Part shown: positions 1-12,779 of the stretch, piece by piece | How the letters are laid out: the number at the start of each line of letters is the position of its first letter | How positions within the stretch are numbered: the stretch's first letter is position 1 | Source of the DNA: Macrostomum lignano | Taxonomy: Eukaryota | NCBI GenBank assembly: GCA_002269645.1 | Contig: NIVC01000672.1 | Span: 1-64,000, forward strand | Length of the DNA stretch: 64,000 bases | Reading direction: 5' to 3' | Position numbers and translations under genes: made by a program | The notes under the pieces: generated by a model | Database searches by the model: none | Told to the model about the DNA's origin: nothing | Seen by the model: only the letters and a program-made list of their open reading frames with translations

Positions 1-3000
1 TCTATGGCCCATCCAAAGCTACGAAAGCGAAAATCTGAGCTTAAAATTGAGTTCTTCGCATGCACTTGCAATTGAGAGAGAGAACTTTTATTCTTGCTGA
101 AACTAAATATCATGCCGAGAAAATGCAGCGTCATTTTTTGTTGTGCAAACTACAATAGTAACCGTGATCGGAATGTTGCAGTATTTTCGTTTCCTAAAGA
201 TGAAACTGAACGAGAGCTTGGCGACTGTCTCTGCCTAATCAACTGACGGTAAGAATTTCTTCAAATGTGCTTTGTGAATCAGATTTAGCCCGGCCACATG
301 AATTCATTAGCAATTTTGTTGTTGTTTAGACCGTGACAGACTACATGGGCGTGTGTGCTAAGCACTGGCCTCAAGATGCACCAATGATAAAAAAGGGAAG
401 AAATGAAAGGCCGCTACATCCACCATCAGTTTTCGACGGAGTCCCGCAGTCCTGCCTCGTTCAAACACAAGGTTTGTGAAGTTCTACTGCTCAAATATTT
501 GCACTCCATCAAATAGTGGTCGAAACGAAACACTAAGGTGCGTGCTTGGATATTGCAGTGCGTGCTAGTCGACAGGCTGAGGAAAGGGGCGTGCTGCTGT
601 CCGAACGATGCCTTTTCCAAGATGAACTAGTAGAATTTCGAGAGCGGGACACGCTGCCATCGTGGACTGAATTCCGAGCATCCATTCACTGTTCAGACGT
701 CATCAAAGCACATCAGCTTATTGTTACAATTGTTCAAGAGGAGGTGTTTATCTTCTCGTTAAGCGCCAATGCCGAAATGGTTCTGCGAGTTTTCGTTTCA
801 CCAAACCATTCCATGCGATGCTTTCGGTTACACTCACCAGTTGCGGTTCGAGATCTGCTTGGATTTCAACCTACATTAAAGTATTGGTCGCAACTTGAAG
901 CTATCATAAATCGTTGTAAAAACTCTACAGTGGACGTCGAAAGTGAGGTGAGGGCATTATCTAAGAACCTTTCTATTGCCTTTAACCACGATGGAGTTGT
1001 ACCGGACACATCAGTTACATTCATCCTGAAGCTACTCGAGTTCGCCACAACGCACCCAAACAATCGACGATACGACATTGCCACTATGCGCCAATCTGCT
1101 TTGCTTTACCTGATTAGCAGTTCTGCATACGCGCATGCACAGACGCTCCTTCCTTTGCCCCACCAACGCACATTACGCACTCAGTTGGCTGGTCTAGGAG
1201 AGATTGGCACTGAAAATGATGCACACGAGATCGTAAAGGTCACATTTGCCAAACTGAAACCGCAGCAGAAGTCTTGTGTGTTGATTTTCGATGAAATGTA
1301 TGTCCAGCCATCGATTCGCTATCGGTGCCAACATCTGCTCGGCCAAGCGTCAGACAATCATAACAAAACTGCTCGAACAGTGCTCGCAATAATGTTGAAG
1401 CCATTGTTAGGCGGTAAGCCATTTGTTCTAAGGCTGATACCGATTTTTCTTCTTTCCGCCGACTTTTTGTACCATCAGCTTCGAAAGTGCATTCAACTCG
1501 TCAATCAACATGGAGGCCTCGTTGTAGCGCTTGTGTGTGACAACCATCCCACAAAAAGAAAGTGCTTCTCGATGTTTGCTGCTCAACAGACAAAACCTTG
1601 GATCGGCAAATCTGAATCACAGGAGTCTACTTTCTTTTTGCTCCATGATGTTGTACACCTTTTAAAGTCAATTCGGAACTATTGGCAGTCTGAGTCTGAT
1701 GGAATGCTAACCATTCGTTTGCCCAAGTATACAACAGTCGTCACGGCTAAGTGGTCAGACATTGTAGAACTGTATAAATCTGAACAAATCACATTGTTAA
1801 GCGTACAGGCATTACATACGAAGCGTGTTTCCCAACAAATGTCCAAAAGACTAAAGTCAATTTAGCTCTTCAAGTTTTCTGCGACAATGTTGCTGCCGCC
1901 CTAAAATGCGACGGGAAGAATGGAACAGCTGCATTCATTGACGTTATTTCAAAATTCTGGAAAATTGTGAACTGCAAGAACCCGCATCTTCATGTTAGAC
2001 TTAATGACCCAGACAGACGGGCTGTCTATTCAGTTCAAGATCCAAACATCAAGTTCCTGCGCGCGCTTTGCGAATCGATTGAGGAGATGCGCAGTGGAAA
2101 GGGAAGAACAAGACACCAATCTCTGACGTCAGAGACGAAGAGGTCATTAGCTTACACTATTCATGCAATCATAGAACTATGCGAACGACTGCTCTGCGAA
2201 TCTGGTGCAACTTACATTCTCATAGCGGAGTTGCAAAGTGATCCTCTGGAAGCAGAATTTGGTGTTTATCGCCAAATGAGCGGAGGCAATTACTTTATCT
2301 CAGTAGAGCAAGTTCTTCTCAGCGCTCGACTCCGACGAATGAAACTCTACACAGTGTTAGAGCTGGATGGATTCGTGCACAACAAAGGACTTTGCTGCGA
2401 CACGCCCCTTTCAGACGAAGAACTTTCGACGCTCGATGACTGCTACGTCAAAGCTGAGAGCCTATCAATGGCCGAAAAGGCATCTGTTTATTATATTGCA
2501 GGTAAGGCATGCATTTGTGTTACTTGAACTTGGATGGAAATAACGATTGCTGAGGCGAAGGACAACTGAGGCATAATAATAACATTTCAGGCTACATAAC
2601 GTTTAAGGAGAAAATTGCCGGTGATGATCCTGCCGAAAATTTAAACACCCCGCCCGCTCGGTGAATTCACTGAAATGATTTCCCGGGGAAAGTTGAAGCA
2701 CCCGCCAAAGTGGCTGTTCAATTTTGCTTGCCTTTGTTTCGGATGCTTCATTTCGCTGCAATCACCGTCATGTGCTTTGCGAGTGCGCAAATTGTTTGCT
2801 GCCGTTGGCGAGTTTTACTTCCCTGAAGCAGATGTTCTGGGATGCTGCGTGCGCCTCACCAACTGTTTCTTCAAGGGTTATGTTCAACGAGGAGCAAAGA
2901 GCGCTCCTTCACCGGATAAAGTGCACGATAGAAAAATACTGAAGCTGAGTGGACAGTGAGCGAACCTGGAGCAAACACTTCACTATTTATCATGGTCAGC

Positions 3001-3278
3001 TCTTGTCCCGTTCTGTGACTGTTATTTTCCTCTCTGTTTGTAGTTCAGATGAAGAAAGAATCGTAAATTTTTCTCGAGTTTCCTTATACATGTGCTGCAT
3101 GTACAGCTTTCCCATTGTGTATTTTCACGAAGGTTACTTTATGTAATAAAACTATTCAACATTTAAGAAAACCGACCCTGCACCCGCCTTCTGACTGCCT
3201 ACGCTCGTATCAAAAAGTCAAATATGATACGCGTATACATTGGCAACTGAAAGCATGCGCATACGGATGGGCCATAGA
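1..3278 (+). mobile_element. P-element-superfamily DNA transposon (about 3.3 kb), left end at or just beyond the window edge
   Basis: Terminal inverted repeat TCTATGGCCCATCC (1-14) / GGATGGGCCATAGA (3265-3278) encloses a THAP plus P-type DDE transposase. TSD cannot be checked because the left flank is outside the window. Confidence 0.8.
112..2959 (+). pseudogene. THAP-domain P-element-like transposase, disrupted as assembled
   Basis: ATG at 112 gives MPRKCSVIFCC...FSFPKD; W...VCAKHW...PPSVF follows an intron at 249-329 (THAP C2CH). Core motifs: LIFDEMYV, LVCDN, HDVVHLLKSIRN, FPTNVQKTKVNLALQVF and LQSDPLEAEFGVYRQ. Frameshifts near 215 and 1800 and an unresolved disruption at about 480-545. 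Confidence 0.8.
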
Positions 3279-3393
3279 ACAATGCTTTTAAACGAGCCTC
3301 ATACTTTTTTCGCCATGAATTGGCTCGTTTCCGGTCCTGAGTTATCAAGTTGTCCTTGCCACAGTGACAGAACGCTAACACTTGAGACAACTA

Positions 3394-3894
3394 GCTTATG
3401 GCCCTGGAGTTTGACTGGTGAGCAAAGACTTTTTCATTGGAGCATAAACTTGGTCCATTTTCCGTTTTTGCATCTGGATTTTATTCTGCCTGAATCAGCT
3501 CCTCGGCATCATCATAATCATCATCATCAAACCTTTTGTCGCCTGATGGCGTGGTTTCATCTCCTGAAATCTGGCAGTCGTCGTCGTCTCGAAAAGGAAA
3601 TTGTGGTGCACTGTATTGGCCGGTCGCTCACCTCTGTCCAAGGCTTTGATGACTAAGATTGTGCATCTCATCACTGATTTTTGTCCATGCTCTTGGTTGC
3701 AGGCCGTCGCCCTGCTCGTCTGGGGTCGTTTCTTAGTTACGAGCGTAGTGTCGCTATTTTCATATTCCAAGCTCACATTATTGCTGACTTGTAGGTTAGA
3801 GAGCGATGCTAAGCCTTCAGCAGTCATTAGAGGACTAAGTTTATGCTCCAAAGATTAAGCCTTTGCTCACCAGTCAAACTTTTGGGTCATTGAC
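3394..3894. mobile_element. MITE-like element, about 500 bp, with imperfect TIRs
   Basis: AGTTTGACTGGTGAGCAAAG (3408-3427) is the reverse complement of 3861-3880; GGAGCATAAACTTGGTCC (3439-3456) pairs with 3832-3849 with 1 mismatch; TA/CTAG on both flanks; no coding capacity. Confidence 0.55.
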
Positions 3895-4539
3895 TAGGGG
3901 CAGCAGCATTTGTCTCGAGTGTAGCGTTCTTCCACTCTGGATTAAGTCAGCTGCTCCTAAGCTCAAACTGACTGCAAAAAGCTATACAAAAGAAATATAA
4001 AGGAAAGAAAAAAGAGAGGCAGTGTGTGAGGGCCGGCTACTGACATTAAACGATCTGATCTTCGACTTGGTAACGAAAGCGGCATGCAACAGCTAGCAAA
4101 ATCTTCGCTAGCAAAGTTCGGCTAGCTAGTTTCTCGGTAGCAAACTTCATAGAACCACCACAACTTGTATAACACAAAACCAATTTCAAGAATGAAAGCA
4201 AGAAACTCACCGTCAGCAGCAGCAGTTCTTTCGCAAAAGTTGTTGCTGGCCCACTAGCCGCTCTTTGACACAGTAGCCGATTTTTTGCAGTGGAGGGTTG
4301 AAATTTCTCCCTAGGGTGACTCTTGGCAGCGCTAGGCCTGTACGCCTAATCTGAAGAAGGCTGGGCCATCGATTTTAGTTTATGGCACAAACCTCCTCAG
4401 CCTTAGAGGCTTTTTTTCAACATGCCATAGACTATGAGCTCGCCAGTGAGGCTGAAATACTGTCTACATTTTGAATACTGAGTTTTTACAATAAGACACA
4501 AGATGATGGCCCAAACTGCTAACTAAGTCTGCCCCCCAA

Positions 4540-4580
4540 GTGTCTGTATGTCTGTCTGTCTGTCTACCTGTGTCTACCTG

Positions 4581-4630
<50 letters not shown>

Positions 4631-4644
4631 CCTGTGTCTACCTG

Positions 4645-4678
<34 letters not shown>

Positions 4679-4702
4679 CCTGTGTCTGTCTGTCTGTCTG
4701 CC

Positions 4703-4759
<57 letters not shown>

Positions 4760-4805
4760 GCCTGTCTGTCTGCCTCTGTCTGTCTGTGTGTCCCAGTGTC
4801 TGTCT
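4540..4805. repeat. (TCTG)n microsatellite
   Basis: Long TCTG/CCTG tetranucleotide run; source of the spurious SVCL and DRQT ORFs. Confidence 0.95.
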
Positions 4806-5579
4806 GCAAGCTCACTCAGGTTAATTGAATTTTGAGCCTTGCTCATTTCTGTTTCGCTCTTTGTCTGCTTCAATTTGGAAATTGAAGCTGAGACGCGTCT
4901 TTGAGCTCAAAGACTTTCATTAGAGAGGTGCCAGAGTGTTTATTTGTCCTTCGGGATTCGCAATGGGTGCCGGGCTGTGCCCGCATGCTTGAAGCTTTGG
5001 AAAATCAGCACTCATTCGTCTAAGTAGCCAAAAAGACTCAAGGCGCAATCCTGCTAATGAGTGGTTCTAGCGATGAGTGAAACAGTAAGATATTACAGAA
5101 ATTTCTGTCCCAATATTTCTGGGCGTGGCGCTCATGGTGCTGACAAATTAGTGGCAGGATACTGAATGGCCGGACAAGAACAGAAAAAGCAGTCACAGCA
5201 ATAAATTATCCGGGAAAATAAAACTCTACTCTATGCTTTACGCGTATAATAGGTGCGCAATCTAATGCTAGATGTGAAGTGGTACAAACATTTTATGCTT
5301 GCATGAACTTCTCTCACGGGGCGGGGGGGTTGGCATGGCCTGCGTACCTCCCTGGCAACGCATCTCGCAACTACGGCGAACAAAAAGGTGCAGGATGTTG
5401 AGTTCAAGTGCTGAGAACCTCTGTCTATCTATCTATAAGCATTTAATAAAGTAGAAAAAAATCCAATCCAAAGGATGCAAAAAGGTCAAAGTGCATTCAT
5501 ATTTGCGGTTGGTGCCCACACGACGAATGTTCTGCACTCGTTGAAAGCGGTCTTGTGGTCCGGAAAGCCGCCCGGAGTC

Positions 5580-7516
5580 CTAGTCGGTGTCCCATTGCGG
5601 CTCGCTCAGGTCTTGGATGCCAGCGATGGAGAATACTGGGCTCCTCTCATTCACGGAGCCGCAAGACAACAAGTAGAAAGGCTTCGTCTTGCTCTTGCAG
5701 CAGGGCGCGATCCTGCCCAGCGCAAACTTCACGAACTCCACCTGGCAGCCGAACTCGATGAGAAGCATAGCGCGGTGCTCATCGAAGAATTCCTTGACGC
5801 TGGACAGATGCATCGACAGGAGGCCGATGATGAAATTAATAAAGAAAATCGGCACCATCAGGATCAGCACAAAGTGAAAGAAGACAAGCGGAGAGTCTCC
5901 GCCTGCGGCACGAAGGATTCAATGTCCGGGACAATATTCAGCGTCAGCAGGAATGTGAAGTAGCTGGCGGGCAGCAGGTACTGGCTGATTCTGCCGGTCA
6001 GGCCCAGGTCGGAGCGCGCTAGACTCGTGTCATTGCCTGACATCGCCGACTGCACGCCAGAGGACAGGATCTGGCTGAACAAGCCAATCAGAGCGAGGTA
6101 CACGGACACGAAGACTATGAAGTTGTTGAAGCAGACTGTCATGCCGATCATGAATGTTTGGAACGGGCCAACAACGCGCAGGTGCGCGACAATCAAGTAG
6201 AACTTGACGAGGAGCAGCAAGCCGGTGAGCATTGCGGTAATGATTGACAGGTAGCTTGGAAATATTCTGGCTAAGAACTCAGGCAAGCTGTAAATTGCAA
6301 TCAGCGCACCTTGGAAGGCCAGGCACAACCCGATGGCGGCGCTGGCTCGCAGCATCTCTCTATATCCTTTTCTGGGATCCTTTGGGTAGCCGATTTTGTT
6401 TAAAAAGGTCTCGCGCGCACGGATAAAGGTGAGAGATATGCTCATATCAAAGCAATCGTAGAGCTCGTTTAACACCAGACAGATGATGGCAGGTGTGAAT
6501 GTTCCTGTGTCATATGGCACCTGTTCAATTTTCACTTCTCCATCACGCATCAACTGGCAAATTAGCCTGAGACTGTGTATGGGTCCGTTGGTGTCAAAGG
6601 CCAGCAGCAGCAGAGCCAGCAGCAGCCTAATAAGCAGACCTGCGTAGCAGAACCAAAAGGTTTTGTTCCACACCAGCTGAAGCCAGGTGTCCAGAAAGGA
6701 TCTACGTCGGAACACACCCAGCTGCCGCAGTCTCAGCAGGTCCTCACGCTCGGTATTGAATTTATCAAACAGAATGAGCAGTGGCGACACAAAGAATCGA
6801 GATTCTTTCTCCCAGCAGTTTGTGTGATAAACTGTCAAGTCAAATGTGCGCTGTTGGTAGCTGCGCACCAGCTGCGACGCGGCAAAATCGGCAGCAAATT
6901 TATGGTTCGTCACCTCGTCAACAGAGTCGGGCCGGTCTAGAAAGACCATCAGTTCATATGCAGACAGGCCTTGTTCCGGGTACATCTTGAGCTTTCTAAT
7001 CTCCTCACTGTTGAACAGTTCAGTGAGAAAAAAGCTGTAGAAGCCGTTGTCTTCTGCAATGTCATCGAAACCAGCCTTGATTGTCTGAAAGTGCATTCCC
7101 AGTAGCAGGTAATGATAGGCGTTCAGACCCCTCTCGCTGATGGAGCAAGAATCGGCGGCCAGCGACTCTCTCAGGAGCAAGCTGATCTTCTTCGCTCCGT
7201 AGTTGATAGCCAAGAAGAAGGGGTTGGTAGGCTGCAGATGATACGACACCCCGTCCAGGTTCGTTCGGAAAGAGTCGAGGGCCTGGTCGGCTCGGCAGAC
7301 AAGTGTCTGATCCCGGTGGTCTGTGCACCTGATAAACTGCTTCCACTTCTTCCTGCCAAGGTGCTGCCGCAGGGATTCAATCCAGTCTACTCTGTCCTTC
7401 AGCAAAGCCCAAAGAAACTTGGCGTGACTGGCTCCGGTCAGGAAGGTTGAGTAGCAGGGGATTCCATCACGCCCAGCGACTGACATTGTGTACTGGACTG
7501 ACCGGGCCTTTGTCAT
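5580..7516 (-). CDS. Intronless TRPV-like (ankyrin plus 6TM) cation channel; 1-nt frameshift near 5888 just before S6
   Basis: ORF 5864-7516 has ankyrin-like motifs (GLNAYHYLL, GLSAYELMV), several hydrophobic helices and pore-like YFTFLLTLNI. Shifting frame near 5888 gives LVFFHFVLILMVPIFFINFIIGLLSMHL (S6-like) and continues into ORF 5580-5870. Confidence 0.6.
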
Positions 7517-8589
7517 TCCTGCTGCATGAATTCAAGATGTAATGATTGTGGGCCCGCGGTTCGAGCTGCAATTCAGGCTTTTATGCGTTGGCTTTAAGGA
7601 AATTATACTTATTGAAAGCCATTAGTTTTATTAAGTCAAGGACAATATCTGCGTACCTTTGTGCAGGTTGTCTGATCGGGTCGGCACTTCCGGCTTTTAA
7701 GCTTCCAACAGCCGCCAATGAGCTTCTTTAATCAGTGAAAATTGATTTTCTGTTCTACTTCTAGGCGTGTATTTTCTTTTGTGGACCCTTTTGGCGACAA
7801 AATATTGTTTTTCTGTCATCTCGGGTATTTTTTAGGTACACTCTCTCCTGATTTCTGCTCCGTTCTTGAGTCGGCCTCATTGTTTTTCTCCAATTTGAAT
7901 CAGTTGCCTGTGAAATGTTCTATACGATTAATGCTCTATGTCCTTGGGTTAATATCAACATCTCTCTTCCCAAGGATGAGTAGAATGCATATAATGTGCC
8001 TAGTAGCGCATAGGTCTTTCAACCTCTTCCGGGTGCTGTTTTTCTTCACAAAATTTTCCACGGTATTTCCTTTGTATTTTTAAAAACTTCAGTCGTTCTC
8101 CTCGCTTTTCTACTTTTCAGTTTGTCATCATTAAAACAATAATTTTTACAGATTTTTATTTCACGGCATCAGTTATTGAAACGATGCGCTCCAAAGCAAT
8201 TAATGTACTAGTAATAAATGCACTAACGTTGCAACATGCACGGGCATTGGCAAAAAGTACACGCAGTTGATGTGCAAAAACTTGCCATTCCATACTCATT
8301 TAACTTTTGCAACTAGATTGCTAGATTTTATTGCAAGGCCATTTCTTTTTTACACTAAAACCAAACCAATGACACGTACCAGGAATGAATTGACTCGGGT
8401 CAGCTTACGAGCGTATTGCCTTCATTTTTGTCTTTTCTAGGTTGTGTAGTTAATACAGTTACAAAAATTCTAAGTAAAAAGTTTAAAATTCAGGTTTTCC
8501 TAACCCGAAAAATCCGTAAAATATACTCGTAGTTTATAACAAAAACAACAACAATACGCTCGTATACGCAGCTAGTCCCCTGTAAGTCA

Positions 8590-9160
8590 GTGGAGAAGGT
8601 GCACCAGTCTAGATGGCACACCGAAGCGCCGGCAGCGAAGAAACTCCGGCCAATTGACGGTGTCGGGCACCCCAGCGTCGCTCAGGATGCAGCCTACGTA
8701 TCTCCGAGTCCTCGCTTGACCCCGCCTGAACGGTCCCAGCAAAGTGAGCAGCAGGACGTCCTGGACAGGCTGAAGGGCAGTAGCTCTCAGCCAGGATCAC
8801 GTGGCCTGCCAGCTGGAGTCGCCGCCGGCGCAGGATGGTAGATGGGGCGTTGGCTCTCTCGTACAGCCTCGGACCCGACGTAGTCCCGAGTGCGCAAAGT
8901 CAAGCATGGCCGTAGCATCCACGTCTCGGCGTTGTAGAGCAAGACGGTTTCGATCACCGCGCTTTTTGCCACAGCCGAGCCCTCTGGCGATCGGCAGCGC
9001 TTTGGACTGAAGGACGACGCGGATCGACTGGTAGGCCACCCAAGCGAGTCCTCTGCGCCACCAGATGTCGTCCCAAGCGTTCGCACCAACATTCGGTAGG
9101 TGAACCGCTGGCAGCGCGCGGGCTTGGTCGTCTGCCCGGCATGTCATCTCCGCTGGGCTA
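8590..9160 (-). mobile_element. Degenerate RTE-type non-LTR retrotransposon 3' fragment
   Basis: AVIETVLLYNAETW and LRRRRLQLAGHVILAESYCP in shifting frames, typical of the RTE C-terminal region. Confidence 0.7.
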
Positions 9161-10215
9161 TCGGCCGAGATGGTCAACACGTAATTGTCTTCAGCGTGTT
9201 AACAACTAGGCTGGCACTTCATACCCCTAAGTTTATACTCCTAAACATTATTAGTAGTCGTTGGCGGAGAACGAAGTACGCGAGCCGACGCATTCTAAGT
9301 GCCTCAGGCAATATTTAAAGAGCTTTTTGGTTAATACGAACTGTATATTTTGATCACAAAATATTTGTACAAAACGATAATTTTAGCGATATTAATTTAT
9401 AATAATTTTCATAGAGGTATCAAGTCTTAAAAAACAAATTCCGTATCTAAACGTTACATTAGCCCAATCAGTAGCTCTTTACTGTAAACCTTACAGTCTT
9501 TTTAGTACTTTTTCAATAAAACAATAATGTATAAATTTAATACCAACTAAACAGACAATATGTTTTTGGCTTATCTTAATTTACTATGCATTTCACAAAG
9601 TTTAAATTTTGTTTTAGCTATTGAACAATTTGATTTCGTTAATTCCTGAGTGAAAAACTTTGTGCTGCACTAATGTCAACGAGTTAAAGTTAGTTAATTA
9701 GGCCTAATTAGTATCAATAAAATCGAAACAGAAGCGAAACGTGTTATCTTGTACAAAATCTATATTTGCATTCTTGTGACCGTGTTTTGACTATTGTGTT
9801 AGTTATAAGAATCTGCCAAGATAATGTAAATGTTTGTTTATAGATAGTAAACTATTTGGACTATTGTATTTGTGTTGGTATCTTGATATATTTCTAGGCC
9901 AGACCTATTAGTCTAATCCCAACTTGTGTTAATAGATCTTAACATAAAAATTAGAGGACCTATTTATTGTGTAAAATTGGAAAATGAATAAAGCTGACTT
10001 ATTTGAAAACCTTCTCAAATGGGTAAGAATTGCTATAACTTTTTTTATTATTTATAATATTTATTTGTATTTTGTATTAAGCAACAATCCTCGATTTCAA
10101 TTTTAGGCCCCTAGTATTTTTGTGAATAAAGACTTCTAAGGCAAGGGTTTTGTTTTGTGAATAACTAGGGCCTATAACTATGGCCTAAGATAATTTTGAC
10201 TTTATTGAATATTAG

Positions 10216-10894
10216 CCATAGTCAAGAAGGTGGCAAGTGCACGCGGGAATCAATTTATGGAAAAATCCTTGGTGCACGCCAATATACGCCAATTTTTTAA
10301 AACCCTTAACATGACATTTCTGCTGCACGCCAAAAATCTTGAATACCAAAAATCATGTACGCCTCATGTACGTGTGATTTGAATATTAACCATATTAGAT
10401 ACTATTTTTAAATAAATTTTCTAATTACATTAAACAAAGTTTATATAAAAAAAGGAAATTCGCTACAAAGAACATAGTGAGTATCAAAAACTTTTTCTTC
10501 AAATTTCAAGAAACAAATAAACTAAAAGTCTACAAGAGTCACAAAATAAGAGCGTTTAAAAGTTATTGGATATTTTAATTTTAATGTAGGCTGTAGAGTG
10601 TAGGCCTGGCTGTAGCCTCAACTAGTTGGTTTAATAAATATTCAAATTCAATTGTTCACGTTTAACTTTATATATTGTATATATATATAGTGTATACATC
10701 TATATCTGACTTGTTGATATACTATCAGTTTGTAATTGCATGCCAAGGTTACACGCCAAGTAAAAAACTTGTACGCTGAAAATTTAGGCGTGGCTTGAGA
10801 CCCCTATTTGCACGCCAACTTTGCACGCCAAAATTTTAGTGTGGCTTGTGCACGCGGGAAAATTCCCGCGTGCAGGCCACCTTCCTGAGTATGG
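10216..10894. mobile_element. Non-autonomous DNA transposon (MITE), 679 bp, 8-bp TSD
   Basis: TIR CCATAGTCAAGAAGGTGGC vs reverse complement CCATACTCAGGAAGGTGGC, extended inward by TGCACGCGGGAAT; TSD AATATTAG at 10208-10215 and 10895-10902; subterminal TGCACGCC motifs at both ends. Confidence 0.8.
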
Positions 10895-12779
10895 AATATT
10901 AGCCTATATCAATACAATAGTATTTTTGCTCTGTATATTTTTGCTAGCCATTGTCATTGGTCAATTTTTTGTTATTATATATTAGAAGTTAATATATATA
11001 TAATAATCTATAATAGTATATAACATAACATATCCATAGTCCAGATCATGCTGGGTGCACATAAACAAAAATCCAATAATTACAAATGCATGCCAAAATA
11101 AACTAAGTGCATGCTCATTCTCAAAACTATATTAGTATTGTGACAGTAAATGACCTTTTTACATTGTGACAATAAATGACCCTTTTTGAATTGCATAATT
11201 AATCCTTTTTGGTAATGGTAGATCATTTGGTTAATTTTTCTGCTTTTTGGTAGTACTCTGTTTAGTAAAAAATGATACATACAAAAAATTGTTTAAATGC
11301 TTCATTATAAGCTTTAAAAACCCAGAAAGCTTAAAATTTATGTTAAAAAGGATTCTTTTCATTTTTTCATCTTTATAATAACTCTTGCACAATTCTACAA
11401 AGTGTATGCCAGGTATATACGCACATTATTTTCTTAGGAGTGATGCATGCCAATTGTGCATGCTTACTTTTGGCATACAAAGCAAATTTTTGGGCAGATA
11501 TTATATGATCTAAAGTGTGATAACATATATCACGTTTATATGTCAATACTAACAATAGTATATATGGAAAAAATGATAAAATAGATTTATTATATCATGA
11601 TACATAGTTATAGTATATCTTTTTATAGTGAATAAAGATAATCTAGTCTTTTTGTAAGATGCTTAGAAAAAGACCTTAAGGCCTAGTCATTATATCAATT
11701 TTGTCTTATTAGACTAGTTGTAATGGTTTAAATAAATGAGATAGAAGGTGGTAGTTCTTAGTTAATTATATTATTGAGAACAAGATAATAATGGGCCAAA
11801 ACAAAAGCTTGCAACCATTTGATAATGAGTGCTTTATACCTTTATATTTATAGCTTTTTGATAGAACATTCCAAAAAAAGAATGTTCTAGAAAGAGTTAG
11901 TGTAGGAATTTAAGTGATTATATTTATTATATATTAACGATTTAGTACGTTTAGATTTATTATAGAAATTTCTAGAATAAAACGTTTATTGCATAGTCAA
12001 AAAGTTTACAAAGGTTTATTACAAGGCCATCACAAGGGAAGATAGAAAAGGAGTCTTATAGCTAATCGTTTCATCATGATATCAGTTATAAATATGAGAT
12101 CTAAATAGTAAATCATTTTTCAAAGATAACCTAGGCATCATTTATATATTATTTGTGTTATTGGCCCATGTATATATTAGATATTTATTGTCATTAAGTG
12201 AGACAATAGCAAAGTATGTGCCAAAACAATTTGTTTGAGACAATCTATGTATCACTTATATACTATATGCTATTGTCCTATCTATGTATTATCTATATGC
12301 TGTTTTATTGTCCTAACCTTTTAGGCCAACAACTAAGACATTTCCATTATATAATAATATTTTATTAAGAAAATTAGGCCAATACACTTTGGTTTTAGAT
12401 TGGGTTTATGTTAAAAATCAAGAAATAAAAGAAATAGAAAAGCAGCTATATTAAAATTGCATTTAATATATTATATTTAATGGTGTTCTTTTAAGGCAAT
12501 TATAGATTATTAGTGCAATTGTGATTTGGGTTATCAATCACATTTGATTGGTTTCTAAATGAAAACTATACCTTCACATTGTTATTGAAGTGGATAATTA
12601 TCTGTGTCCTCGTGAGTAACTTGTGATTCATTTGTGATTGACAATGCTACATCATGGGTAACATTTTAAATGGCCAAGTACCAACTGACTTATAACATTG
12701 ATGTGTCATACATACTATTAAAATAGTACCCATAAGACAATAATAGTAATAAATTCACCATGCAATAATAAAATTGTAG

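Noticed and set aside
7742-8083. 113-aa ORF and its reverse frames as a gene
   Set aside because: AT-rich, no motif, stops in all reverse frames.
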